Assembly (NCBI GenBank): GCA_021613535.1
Contig: CP075495.1
Location: 14,570,001 to 14,634,000 of the forward strand
Reading direction: 5' to 3'
DNA length: 64,000 nucleotides
Source of the DNA: Adineta vaga
Taxonomy: Eukaryota > Animalia > Rotifera
In this document: positions 26,174 through 39,005 of the stretch, one piece after another
Layout of the letters: every line of letters starts with the position of its first letter
How positions within the stretch are numbered: position 1 is the stretch's first letter
The notes under the pieces: model-generated
Databases searched by the model: none
What the model saw: only the letters and a program-made list of their open reading frames with translations
What the model was told of the DNA's origin: nothing
Program-made: the position numbers and the translations under genes

Positions 26174-26806
26174 ATGGATTATCTTCCATATTTCTTAAAA
26201 CACTACGATCTTGATCTTCAACCGACCAATTCTGAATGTATTGATAATGATTTAGCTCATATTCTACTTTATCCTGGAGCACATATTGCTACTTCGAATC
26301 CTTACGAACATTATCATCATGGTATTGTTGTTGATGTTAATACACCTGAAATCTCAATTATTCATTTATGGGGTCCTACGAAAGAGACAGGTAGAATTCA
26401 AACAACTAATTTACCTATCTTTCTTGCTGGTGATAAAAATCTGCTTGGAAAAAAAACACGTCGTTTATATTTGGTTAATTACGAAGATGATACATTAGAA
26501 AAACGACAAACAACAGTTGAATTAGCAAAAGAAATGTTGGCGAAAGCAGATGAAATAAAATATGATGTTGGTACGTTGAATTGTGAAAGTTTCGCTTATT
26601 TTTGTCGAACTGGTCAATGGAATAGTGAACAAATCGAACGATTAAAGAAAATTTTGATGGAAAAAGCATTAGAAATCTATGAACAAGTGAAAGATGCCAA
26701 TGAATATAATCGAAATAATATTGCATCACTTTTACGAACTGTACCAGTTGATGCTTTGAATCCAGAAGAAAGAAAACTTTTTGATGAACTCTGTAGCAAA
26801 ATGTGA
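26174..26806 (+). CDS. LRAT/NC-domain (permuted NlpC/P60) acyltransferase/phospholipase-like protein
   Basis: HHGI, IIH and NCESFAYFCRTG catalytic motifs; uninterrupted CDS. Confidence 0.88.
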   Translation: MDYLPYFLKHYDLDLQPTNSECIDNDLAHILLYPGAHIATSNPYEHYHHGIVVDVNTPEISIIHLWGPTKETGRIQTTNLPIFLAGDKNLLGKKTRRLYLVNYEDDTLEKRQTTVELAKEMLAKADEIKYDVGTLNCESFAYFCRTGQWNSEQIERLKKILMEKALEIYEQVKDANEYNRNNIASLLRTVPVDALNPEERKLFDELCSKM

Positions 26807-27148
26807 TGAGAGAATATCGCCAATGAATACATAATATTGATTATTTAGTCTTTTTAAGAAAAGAAATATCTGTTTAGAAAAAAATACATTTTCTTTCTTA
26901 TTTAGACATATGCACCGAATTTGTCATTGTATAATGTGATGAGCTTGAAATCATAGGAACCATGTAAAACAGTTCTAAAACTTATCTAAAAGAGTGTATG
27001 CTCTTCTTAGAAACTAGGGAGAAATCGAGAATGAATATATTGATTAGCATAGCTATAAAAGACATGGAAGATTGTGGTAACTGTTGATTCATTGTTACTG
27101 TTAAGAAAAAAGATCATCTCAACTATTTTCGATGAATTGAACATTTTT

Positions 27149-27760
27149 CTATTTGTATCGTCGTAGTTGTGTCGCATTTAAAGCATTAATGATTTGTATT
27201 AAATCCTCTGTAAATTCGTATTCTACAGGATACTGGAAATTTTGGCATTTCACCAAAAGATTCTTTTGTTCCAGCACCGATCTGATTGGTTCATTTGCAA
27301 TTTGACGAAATACGATCAGTTTCATATGAAAATTCAAAATTTTCGCCACTTCTCGTTCAACCGGTTCAACTAGTTAACGTATTAATGTACTTTGTTGAAG
27401 AATGTCAATTGTTGTTAGATTACTACCGACAGTTGTATTCGTATTCCAAGATTTCATGATAATTGCTTCCCTATCTACCGATTTATCTGTAATTGAGTTA
27501 TAGATTTTGAAAATTAAAGAACTTGTTTTAAAATAATTAATCATCTTACCAACGAACTTCGACCAGGTTTTTAAATGAGGCCATTTATTTTTGATTGTAC
27601 GATCCAAGAAATAAAACCTAAATAGTTTGATAATATCGAAGGCCATTGTCCTTGTTTGTTGTAGTTTAACACCAACTTCAAGTGCATTAATTTTATATTC
27701 ATGTTGATCAATTAAATTTTGTTGTGTCAGATTTTGAAGAGTATGTCTTAAATTGTGTTG
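27149..27760 (-). pseudogene. Possible disrupted orphan ORF
   Basis: Consecutive coding-like segments broken by a stop/frameshift; no family recognised. Confidence 0.3.
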
Positions 27761-28288
27761 CTTGACTACGAGATTTCAATATTTCCAATTGGACGTGTAC
27801 TATTCGATCAACGAACGGCAACTGGTCCGTGCTGCTTCCTTTTTCTCTTCGATGTTGTGTGTTATGAATGATCTCTATCCTGAAGCGTACAACATTCTAA
27901 GCAGTCGTTAGTTGAGTTGAAAATATCGTGTCTAAACTGATTGAAGATCTTGATGGTAGCTTACAGCGACATCTATCAGAGTTTATAAATGCATTTGACC
28001 AATTTCGAATTTTATCTGCTTATTTTACTCAATTCATGATAATATTAGAATGAGAATTCGTGTTGAAAAATATCAATATCAAATTTATATCCAATCCTAT
28101 TTTACTTGATGATTCATGTCGTTTTTTTCTTTGTTTCTTTCATTTATTCAGATGACATCGTCATTCCTCATTCTTCCCGATTGATCTTTAATCCTTCCTC
28201 TCTCTCTCTCTCTTTTTGTACATTGGTCTTTAAATATCCATTCATTCTATTTTATTTCAGATCTTACTCACTAAATAAATACTACATC

Positions 28289-28906
28289 ATGCAACCATAT
28301 GGAGACGCTCCTCCACCATATCCGGGCACAAATATGCCATCTAATCCAACTGTAGTTACATCCAAGGGCGATTATCATGGTGTGCCAGTCTATGAATTTG
28401 GATCAAATAATGCTCCTGTTTGTAAGTATTTTTACTTAAAATTAATTCTTGTATGAGATAAACAAGACAAAAAACGAATGATTTAGATGGTCAAACAACT
28501 TATCAACAACAGCCATCGATGATGCAACCTGGTCCAACAATAATTCAAACACGAGCAGTTCAAGTTGGTCATAATCCAGTTCATTGTATTTGTCCGCAAT
28601 GTCATCAACAAATCGTATCTCGAGTTGATTATGTATGTATCGAAAAAATAAGATCAAATCATTTCATTGATTCTTTTAAAATATCTATATAGGATTCAGG
28701 ATCATTCGCATGGCTTATGTGCTTATTACTTACAGTTATTGGGTATGTTAACTTTGTTTTTTCTTCTTTAAAAATCATTATCATGATTTTCTTTTCTTAG
28801 TTGTATTCCGTGTTGTATCATCCCATTTTGTGCGTCATCATGTCAAGATGCAACTCATACTTGTCCTCACTGTTCTGCAATAATTGGTCGTCGAAAAATT
28901 CTTTAA
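28289..28906 (+). CDS. LITAF-domain protein 5 (4 exons)
   Basis: APPPYP; CICPQC, CCIIPFC, HTCPHC. Confidence 0.92.
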
Positions 28907-29166
28907 ACGTTATTTTTATGCATTCATATAAGAGAATCTTATTTTTGTAATGTATTCCTGCTAACCACGCTCTTTTACTTTCGTCTCATGCTTGGATAAA
29001 TTGAAATGAATTTTCTAGTATATTCTTTCTTGTCTATTATTCATTGTACTTTCTCATGTTATTATTTATTCTACATAATAAAAAAAGGAATGAAAATAAA
29101 AGTCGAATTTGTTTCATCTATTTATTAATGATGAACTTCATCTTTCTTTTCAGATCTGAATACTCG

Positions 29167-30256
29167 ATGTCAACAGGTGCAGGTGATTCATTAGTAACAT
29201 CAACATACACAATGAAAAAATCAAATATAAAATCAGATGTAAGTTCTTTCTATGTATGAAAAATGATATTGATCATTCGATATTAGGAAATCAAACATCG
29301 TACAAATGAACTAAAACAATCATTAGCAATATGGCGTAATATTCTTTTACCATTAAATAATCTACTTGAATGGGAACATAAATATGATCCGTTCGTTATT
29401 TTTGGTATCATTTCATTTATTTTTATGTAAGAAATATTGATTATTATTTCCATAGTAGGAATCTCTTCTTATTGATCTTTATAGTTTTATACTTCAAGCA
29501 AATCCACCAGTATTGACACTTGTTAGTTGTGTGGTTCTAATTTTTGTACTTATTGATCTACTGGTACCAATTGCAATTCGTATCCTTTTTAAAAATGACA
29601 ATTGGTTAGTAGATAAATAGAAAGCAAAGATAATTTCGTAGTTGAATTCTTTTTTTTTTCAGGACATCAGCAAAAGAAGCAAAGTTCACTCGATTATGTG
29701 AACGTATTGCTAATTTTGAAGAACATATTAAACAATTATGTGAATCAGCCTTGAAAATGCGTAAAGAACGACCACTTATGGTACGAGATTTTCAATAGAT
29801 TCAAATTCCTTTCATCATAAATTCATTCCTATTTTATTCTAGTATTTAATGGTTGGAGCTATTTTTCTTGCTTTTATCGCTTTCTGTGGTCAACGTGTTG
29901 ACAATCTACTTCTTAGTTATTTAACAAGTAAAAAATTTTCATTTGCTCTTATTGACAGAACAAAAATTGAATAAATATTCATGTATTTAGCATTAACAGT
30001 TTGTCTTATTCCTGGTATCCGTAATCGTCAATTGATTCAGTTTATTCGACAACAAATAATCGATTTTTGGAATAATAAAAAATCATCGAATTCATCGCCA
30101 ACACCTAATGTATCAGTCTCGAGTTCAACTCCAGCACCGATCTCTTCAATTCGTACATCAGCAGTTGTCCGACCATTATCATCATCGTCATATCAACCAA
30201 CTCACACACTTTATTCAACAACATCTTATGGAATCAATAAAAGCAAAGCTCAATAA
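29167..30256 (+). CDS. ARL6IP1: ARL6-interacting protein 1 (ER-shaping hairpin protein)
   Basis: LKQSLAIWRNILLPLNNLLEWEHKYDP, NPPVLTLVS, WTSAKEAKFTRLCERI, GQRVDNLLLSYL, LIPG across six exons. Confidence 0.88.
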
Positions 30257-31581
30257 TAATTCAAATTGAACAAAAAAAACTATTTTCTCATCAGACATTT
30301 CGGTTCACTTTTTTTTACCTTCTTCTACCTGTACAAATTCGCTCAAAATGTATTGATTCTTAAAATCTTAAAACGACAAAAAATATTCATGTTGATAGAG
30401 TGACTAAATGATCAAACTTTCTGGATAGATATTCGTTCCTTTTTTTTCTTTTTCCTACGAAATAAAATACAGCATAGCTAATCTCGATGTTTTCTTTTCT
30501 TTTCATTTGATATGTTTGTCAAAAAACATGGGCATTACTAATATCAATATTTTAGATCAATATTAACGATCGAACAAGATATTAGGGTGAGTTGCATGTT
30601 TATTAGTTAGGTTTGATTGAAGGAATTATAATCACTAATTTGTATGTTGATTAACGCTCAGAAAGTAACCATTACTGTGCATTCAATGTTCTAAAAATGC
30701 TAAATAACATTTAGATAGGTAATCTCATGTGTATGTTTTTTTTCATTTGAAATAAATCTATGATGATCAGTACGACTAGTCAGATTCGTTTTTAAATATT
30801 TGTATATCGTTAAGTAATGCATTCGAAACAAAACGATGACTATATAAGAAAATCAAAAGGAAATGCGTCGATTTGGTTTCTTGTCTACTACTGCTGTTGC
30901 CACACTTTGCAATGAATACCAATAAGATTGAATAAATAAGAACATCTGACTACAAAAAAGTATGGAATATATTGAATGAATTGCAATTGAAGCTAATCTA
31001 CTTAAAGTGATGACCCATAAATGTCATCGAATTTTCGTTGTTTTCTTTATTCAAACAGAAAGTAATCGTTTAACAAAACATACATTAATTGAAATCTTAG
31101 AAAATTCAATTGATAGACCATCTAACTCGATGATTGAAGCTATTGAAAAGGTTTGCAAGACTTGGTCATAATTTAACATTAGCAGAATATCTAATGAAGT
31201 GATATTTACTTCCATAAATCTATATGACATTTCCTTAATGCATTCCTATTGACATTTATCATATTCTACGACATCATTCATCGTTTGACAAACATGAGTA
31301 ATGATGAAGCATTCGATAGCATTGATATTAGTAATCGATTTGGTTTTCTAATTAACAAGAATACAGATCAATTTCATCTGATTAAAAGTTTAGAAAAAAA
31401 AATTCATTTTTGTATCGAATATCATTTTAATTGCTTTTTTTCGATATGGAATGAAAGTAATGCATAAAAGAATGTGTATGGTTTATACTTTGTCACTTGA
31501 AATTCGGGAGAATCAAAGGCGCTTTTTATTTGAAATAATTCATTTTTATTTTGTTTCATTTTTTGAAGAAACAATTGAATT

Positions 31582-32626
31582 ATGCCAAAAGTTCGACGAA
31601 AACGACGATCAACAGCAACTACAGCAAGTAATCCAATAAGTCGACCGAAGAAAGTTTCAGCAAAAGCAAAAGCAAACAATGTAAGTACCAGATAACCCTT
31701 TCATTTCTTCTCTCGATTTTGGACGGATTATGTTACTCTTTATCAACACTTCAACTTTATTTCGATCTTCTATATAGAATCAAGTAACAAAAGCGACTTA
31801 TTTTGATTTAATTGCAAATCCAAATGGATTGATCAAATCTAAATCCTCAGGCAATGTTCTTAAAGTAGCAAAACCACCACGCAATTTAAAAATTCCCGAT
31901 GATTGGGATGTTAAACCAGGCGATGTTATATCCTGGAGTAAAGAACGACCTACCGAAACATTTTTGTAAGTCAATCTTCAATCAAATCTTTTATGGACAA
32001 AATCTTTTCTTTTTAGTGTTACTTCGGAAGGTACACTTCTGAAAAATCCCGATAAATCAGGTTCAGGTTATTTAACAATTCCACTTTCAATCAGTTCACA
32101 AGTTTCTGATGTAATTAATTATTATTCTTCTGTTTTGGATACTCTTGGTCGAGATAATGTCTCATCCATTGAACTTCTTCCTACTGATGCATTCTTTGCA
32201 ACACATTTTTCAAAACAACCCTTAACAGCATCAATTCGAAATCGAACGGACATTAATTATTCATTTGATCCAAATGATGAAATTCTCTATGTAACATTAC
32301 CAACAAATCCTAATCAATCTCAAGATTTCCCATTAAATTCAACAAAACTCGATGATATTATTCAATATATTTCAAATGAGAATGAAAGCAAAGGAAAATT
32401 GACTGTTAAATTTAATTTCGAAGGTAAAACGACGTGCAATAAAGTACCACGTGGTATTGTTACTGGTTTACCAAGTGGTTGGCAATGTCAACAACAAGGT
32501 TCATTAATGTTTGGAGAAAATAAAATTCAAGGCGAATGGATTTGTGAAGGGCCCGAGAAAACAAAAGAGAAAGCACGAAAAGCGATTGAAAAATTTTATA
32601 AAGGACTTAATATTGAAATAAAATAA
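31582..32626 (+). CDS. Unknown protein A (KNPDxSGSGYLTIP family) with basic N-terminus; 3 exons
   Basis: Open spliced frame; shares YFDL, IP.DWDV..GDV..WS..RPTE.FFV and LLKNPD.SGSGYLTIP with the next gene. Confidence 0.75.
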
Positions 32627-32665
32627 TGAAAATATGTGTTTTAATAATTGTAGATATAATAGAAA

Positions 32666-33661
32666 ATGACTTCAACGAATGTTTGTATTGAACAACCAGC
32701 ACGATATTTTGATTTAGTGAATAAACCTGAAACATTAAAACGAACGAATGGAAATCCAATTCCTGATTCAGAATTTCAAGACATTCCTAAGAACGGAAGT
32801 TCCATTCCAGCAGATTGGGATGTAAGCTTTGGTGATGTACTTAATTGGTCACAGGGACGACCAACAGAAGCATTTTTTGTTCTTCAAGATCGAACTTTAT
32901 TGAAAAATCCTGATCAAAGTGGATCTGGTTATTTAACAATTCCATTTGTTGTTACAAGTAGATCAATAATATCTTCATTTATCATTTCTTTTTTGTCTCC
33001 CTATTTAGAAAATAGTCGAAATGCTTTACTTCGATATGAATATGTGATTGAAAGTATTGGTAAAAACTATGTAACAACAGTTGAATTACATCCCGAAGAC
33101 GTTTTTATCAAGAAAAATTGGGGAGAAGTACCACGTGGTATTCTTTCACGCAATGTAGGATTTATCTATGATCCATTAGAAGAATTTCTCTATGTAAACA
33201 TTCCACATACAAAAAAATCCAAAGAATTCAAATTAGGTTCATCAACAATGAATGATATTCAAACATGGTTTATTGGGTATTAATTAGAAATTTCTAAATT
33301 TCGATTTTTCTATGAAATATTTTCTCAAATTTTAGTGCAATGCAAGATCAAGCGTCTTTTCATGTTAAATACAATTTTTCCGGACCTGTCTATCAGAAAT
33401 ATCATAATGAATATAAATTACAAACTGAAAAATTCTCACTACCAAAAACATGGTCCTTTGAACCAGGAACGACAGAGATTGGTCATGATCATTGTAATGG
33501 AGAATGGATATTTCATGGTAAATATATTTTCTTTATTTCAACTAATTTGAGAATGAATCGCTTTTTTAGGTGATAAAAAACATTTAGCTGATGCTAAAGA
33601 ACATGTCCAAGACTTTTATAAAGATTTAACCGTTACAATTGAAGATATTGATCATAATTAA
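32666..33661 (+). CDS. Unknown protein B, tandem paralog of A; 4 exons
   Basis: Same motif set; introns about 32958-33009, 33277-33335 and 33518-33569; stop at 33659-33661. Confidence 0.8.
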
Positions 33662-34591
33662 ATCTTGATTATGAAAATTGTGATACAGAAAAACAACATT
33701 CAGTGATTTACTTTTATTTACTCGGAATATTCCAGCTAATTTTTTTTGTCTATGTGAAATAGCTTATCAGATAATTTTATTTGAGTTTTATAAAGATAAA
33801 AAAAATATATCATCGTTTCATTTGTCAACAAAAAACGTTTCAACAACCAGAAAAATGAATCTCTTGAACATTTCAATATCATGGTTACATGTACTTTCAT
33901 TTCATAACTTTTACTTGTAAAACAAGCAAGTAAATGCAATTACCAACATTAACATAAGTCATCCTATTCGATAATGTGCAAATAATAGATCCATAAAATT
34001 GTTTGATTAGTGTTGATCAACGATGAGGATGATTAATAATGAGTTTTCTTCCTGAACTTGGTTGAGATGCTGGAGGTGGAGTTACTGGAGGATCGCATAC
34101 CACTTCATCGATTCCCCGAGCTCGATCATAATCTTGCCATTTTTCGTTATACATAATTGTTTCCGTTTCTCTGTATCAGAAATGTGAGTTTGATAAAAAT
34201 GACGAAAGTCTCCGTTTCACACTCTTATTTATATGATAAATTCTAAGAGGTGTTTCTTTCTTCCTGCTTCTCTTTACACAATCTTTACGTGGCATGTGTA
34301 GGCAGATGCGGTTTGTTTTATTTCCTTTCACTTCTGGTGACTCAATTTACTATGCAAAATAATAAAGAAATGAATCAATAAAAATACTAAATACTCATGA
34401 GTATTCTACACTTGTGACCATAAATTACATCCACCTTCGCCGATATTGACAGAAACTACGTCAACGATGATCGGATGATACACATCTAACAATGTTGTAC
34501 ATAGCAACCGAATAATTGCATCATTCTTTCTATATATTACGTCATACTTGAGTAATTATCGAAAATCAATTTTATTAGATAGAAAAAACCA

Positions 34592-35355
34592 TTACAAAAT
34601 AAAAGGGTAGACCTCATTTTTTGTTCGTTTCGTTCGATATTGTTCTGGAACATACAAATACTGATTCATTTCTTTCGATGATTTGTCCTGATGATGATGA
34701 TGATGACATTGACAATGACAACATTCGAATGAATCTGGCAACGAATGCCAACCAGTGACATCAAAGTTGGAGATGTTCATTTCATCATGTGGTATCAAAC
34801 TAAGATCTGATAATGTTGACAATGAACATGAATCATCCGATAGAGTTCGAGTTGATTGAAGTTTTTGTTGTTGTTGAAGATGATACTGATGTTGAGATAT
34901 CGATGATACAGATGAGACGTTTGTGTCAAATGAGATGCCTGAATCACGTGAAGACGAGGATGACCATGAGTGACATTCACTTAGATCGATCTACAATTAA
35001 AGTTGAGAGAAATAATGAGACGAACGAAATTAAGAAGAGAGACTTACGTAATCACTGTTAGATGATGATGATGTTGATGGTTTTGTTTGATATGGGATGT
35101 ATTCATAATCTTTTGGTTTGGTGACTGTACAACACGATGCTGAGATTTCTAGCAATGCAAAGAGAAGATGTAAAGATGAGAGAAAGGCGAGAGAGGTAGA
35201 CTTACTTGATTTTGAGGATGATTGTTTTTGTGGTGATGATCGAAAAGTATTGTGAATAGCAAGAGCGATTTTCTAGAAAGAAAGGAAGACGAGAGTTAGT
35301 TTATGAGTTGGAGAGAATTAATGAGTATAGTTACTTGTCGAATATGTTTGGACAT
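34592..35355 (-). CDS. Orphan Ser-rich protein, copy 1 (4 exons)
   Basis: MSKHIRQ/KIALAIHNTFRS.../...DYEYIPYQ.../IDLSECHSW...RDSGISF...EVYPFIL; conserved in three copies. Confidence 0.8.
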
Positions 35356-35529
35356 GTTGAAGTAGTGAATGAATGAGTAATGATGAATAAAATTGTTGTA
35401 TGTATATATATATATATATATGGAAGAAGCGGTATCTGTTGCAGACGTATAGATGAGAGAAGTGTGAGATTGATAATGCTCTTTTTCTCATTCGTGCTCT
35501 TCTCTTTCTCTCCACTAATTAGATACATG

Positions 35530-35600
35530 AATGTTGAAGTGAAATTGAATATCGATAATCTCTTTGAACGTCATCAATGATAAGGAAAGTGATAAGTGTG
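35530..35600 (-). promoter_or_regulatory. Conserved upstream block of the three-copy gene (TATCGATA, TGACGT, GATAA motifs)
   Basis: Near-identical at about 37988-38058 and inverted at about 39975-40040. Confidence 0.55.
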
Positions 35601-37003
35601 ACGGATATACTTGAGTATGGCAATATATGAATTAAACCCATAAAATATTAGTTTTCTCAGAAACTTAATACAGTTTCCATTATAATTTTCTGTCTAATTC
35701 AAATCCATTGGTAAATCCTGAATTTTGTCCAACAACTTCGATAAGTATTCTCAAAAGAATCTTTGAACTGTGATTTGCATTCCATCTCTGAAAATCCATG
35801 AGAGACAGTAATATCTTTTCCAACTGTTGAGTATACAATTACATTTTCGACTCGACCAATAAGTGAAGAAAGAATTGAAAAGATTATAGATATTTAATTA
35901 CACTTGGAATGATTCGCATATCTAATTAGCGAAAAGAAGATAATATAGGCATGGAAATAGAGAAATAAGAACGAATGACAAAAAGGCATTCTCATCTATA
36001 CGTCTGCAACAGATACCGCTTCTTCTCCACATGTGTATAAATGTTGTATTTAACTTTTGCTTACATAACATATTTCAGATGCATAAGGATCGAATTTGTT
36101 TGAAACTTCCCTTTCACATTGTCCACAATTAAAAGAAAAATAAAATAGGACCACGTCTATAAAGAACTTGTTCTATATGTGATTCATTTTCAGTTGGGTA
36201 TTGTTCATATTGAAGGGGATATTTGGAATTAAATGAATGAAGAGGGTGTGGGTGATGATGTGGGTTTGTTTTTCATTTATCTTATACCCACACTCTTACC
36301 CTCAAATTTAATATGGTTTCATATGGATTTCAAAGCATCATGTTTTGTCAAAGACAAAAATATATATAATCTGCTTTAACTAAGTAATGAAGTATCATTT
36401 TATCGTCTCGTTGGTTTTTAGAGACCGTGCAAAACTTTGAAAAAGAAGCAGATGAAATATGTATGTAATCGTTTCAATACTATGATAGATCATCTCTCCT
36501 TTCTTTGTTACTATCACGAGTCGTTTGTGTGTTTCAACATATCATAATATGAACTTTATACTACTACTGTGCATCAAGACACTAAATAACGCTGTTTCGT
36601 ACCTCAGCTAATACTATAACAATATATATAACAATATCAAGATTGATTTTATAATAAAACTATCAGTTCCATTCAGACAAATTATCTAATGAATAATACC
36701 TTTCGTAAAAAAGAGAAATTGATTTTCGAATCTCAATGGTTTGCATACATTAAAAATGCTTAGAAAAAAGCGGAACAAGTTGTATACTTCATCCGATCCT
36801 CGACATTACATCACCGTCTATGGTTTAGATCATTCATTAATTCTTGAGAATGTAATAAAATAGTTGTTTAATATACATATGAAAATCTCCTAGTATTCAT
36901 TGAGCAAAATGCAATCAACGTTTACAAAAGAATGATCTTGGATCACATTTTATTTTAACAAAAACTCTCAACCGATAATTAGACAGGAGCAAAAGATTTA
37001 ACG

Positions 37004-37784
37004 TTACAAGATAAAAGGATAAACTTCATTTTTTGTTCGTTTCGTTCGATATTGTTCTGGAACATACAAATACTGATTCACTTCATGCGATGACTTGTCA
37101 TGATGATGATGATGATGACATTGACAATGACAACATTCGAATGAATCTGGCAACGAATGCCAACCAGTGACATCAAAGTTGGAGATGTTCATTTCATCAT
37201 GTGGTATCAAACTAAGATCTGATAATGTTGACAATGAACATGAATCATCCGATAGAGTTCGAGTTGATTGAAGTTGTTGTTGTTGTTGAAGATGATACTG
37301 ATGTTGAGATATCGATGATACGATGAGACGTTTGTATCAAATGAGATGCCTGAATCATGTGAAGACGAGGATGACCATGAATGACATTCACTTAGATCGA
37401 TCTAAAGTTAGAGTTGAGAGAAGTAATGAGACGAACGAAATTAAGAAGAGAGAGAGACTTACATAGTCACTGTTAGATGATGATGATGATGATGTTGATG
37501 GTTTTGTTTGATATGGGATGTATTCATAATCTTTTGGTTTGGTGACTGTACAACACGATGCTGATATTTCTAGCAACGCAAACAGAAGATGTAAAGATGA
37601 GAGAAAGGCGAGAGAGTTAGACTTACTTGATTTGGAGGATGATTGTTTTTGTGGTGATGATCGAAAAGTATTGTGAATAGCAAGAGCGATTTTCTAGAAA
37701 GAAAGAAAGGAAGGAAGAAGAGAGTTAGTTTATAAGTTCGACAGAAGTAACGAGTATAGTTACTTGTCGAATATGTTTAGACAT
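37004..37784 (-). pseudogene. Orphan Ser-rich protein, copy 2, with a 1-bp frameshift in exon 4 (or an assembly error)
   Basis: GATACGATGAG at 37317-37327 versus GATACAGATGAG in copy 1. Confidence 0.65.
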
Positions 37785-38101
37785 GTTGAAGTAGTGAATG
37801 AATGAGTAATGATGAATAAAATTGTTGTATGTATATATATATATATATATGTATGGAAGAAGCGGTATCTGTTGCAGACGAATTGATGAGAGAAGTGTGA
37901 GGTGATAACGCTCTTTTGCTCATTCGTGCTCTTCTCTCCATGTCTAACTTATCGTTCTCTTTCTCTCTCCACTAATTAGATACATAAATGTTGAAGTGAA
38001 ATTGAATATCGATAATCTCTTTGAACGTCATCAATGATAAGGAAAGTGATAAGTGTGACGGATATACTTGAGTATGGCAATATATGAATTAAACTGACAA
38101 C

Positions 38102-38427
38102 ATATTACCTTCCTAAAAGTTTTGCTACTCATATGACGATGGTTTTCTGTCTGTTTCTAATCCATTTGTAAATCGTGACTTTTGTCCAACAACTTCGAGT
38201 CTCATCTTCGATTGTTTTGCATTTCATCTGTGAAAATCACGATAGACAATAAATATTTTTCCATATATTACCTTCCTAAAAGTTTTGCTACTCATATGAC
38301 GATGGTTTTCTGTCTGTTTCTAATCCATTTGTAAATCGTGACTTTTGTCCAACAACTTCGGAGTCTCATCTTCGATTGTTTTGCATTTCATCTGTGAAAA
38401 TCATGATAGACAATAATATATTTTCCA
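38102..38427. repeat. Tandem duplication, 163-bp period, two copies
   Basis: ATATTACCTTCCTAAAAGTTTTGC starts at 38102 and again at 38265. Confidence 0.9.
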
Positions 38428-39005
38428 GCTGTTGAATATACAATCACATATTCAATTTGACCGATATGTGAAAAAAGAATTTAAAAAGATTATAGATATT
38501 TAATTGCACTTGGAATGATTCGCATATATAAGTACTGAAAAGAAGATAATTTAGGCATAAAAGAAAACTAAACGAGTGAAATATCGTTATCATCTCACAC
38601 ATCGTATTTTTTACGCACATAATATATTTCTTTTAACTATTGAAGAACTGTTGTGAACTTTCAATGATTGTCTGATGTCCAAGATTTTACTTCTTCAAGT
38701 TTTTTCATTTGATCTATAATTTTGTATACATGAGCACTACTAGTATATGCTTTCCTTATTGGATAAAGTTCTATTTTATTTCCTTGTTGCCAATTTCAAT
38801 GATAAACTAATATTATTCGTTGAAAATAGTTGACTAAACTCCTATGATAATAAACATTATAATAATTATTTAGCGTTCTTATTGTTTGACTTTCCAACCG
38901 ATATTTAGAATTTTCTGTTATACCGATAGATAGAACTAAATAAAATAGAATGGTTCATATTTCATAGTCAAAAATCGGAGTATTCCTTTTATTGAAACAA
39001 AAATT

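Noticed and set aside
35640-38560. Duplicated coding-like relic upstream of orphan copies 1 and 2
   Set aside because: Multiple stops in all frames and no family could be assigned
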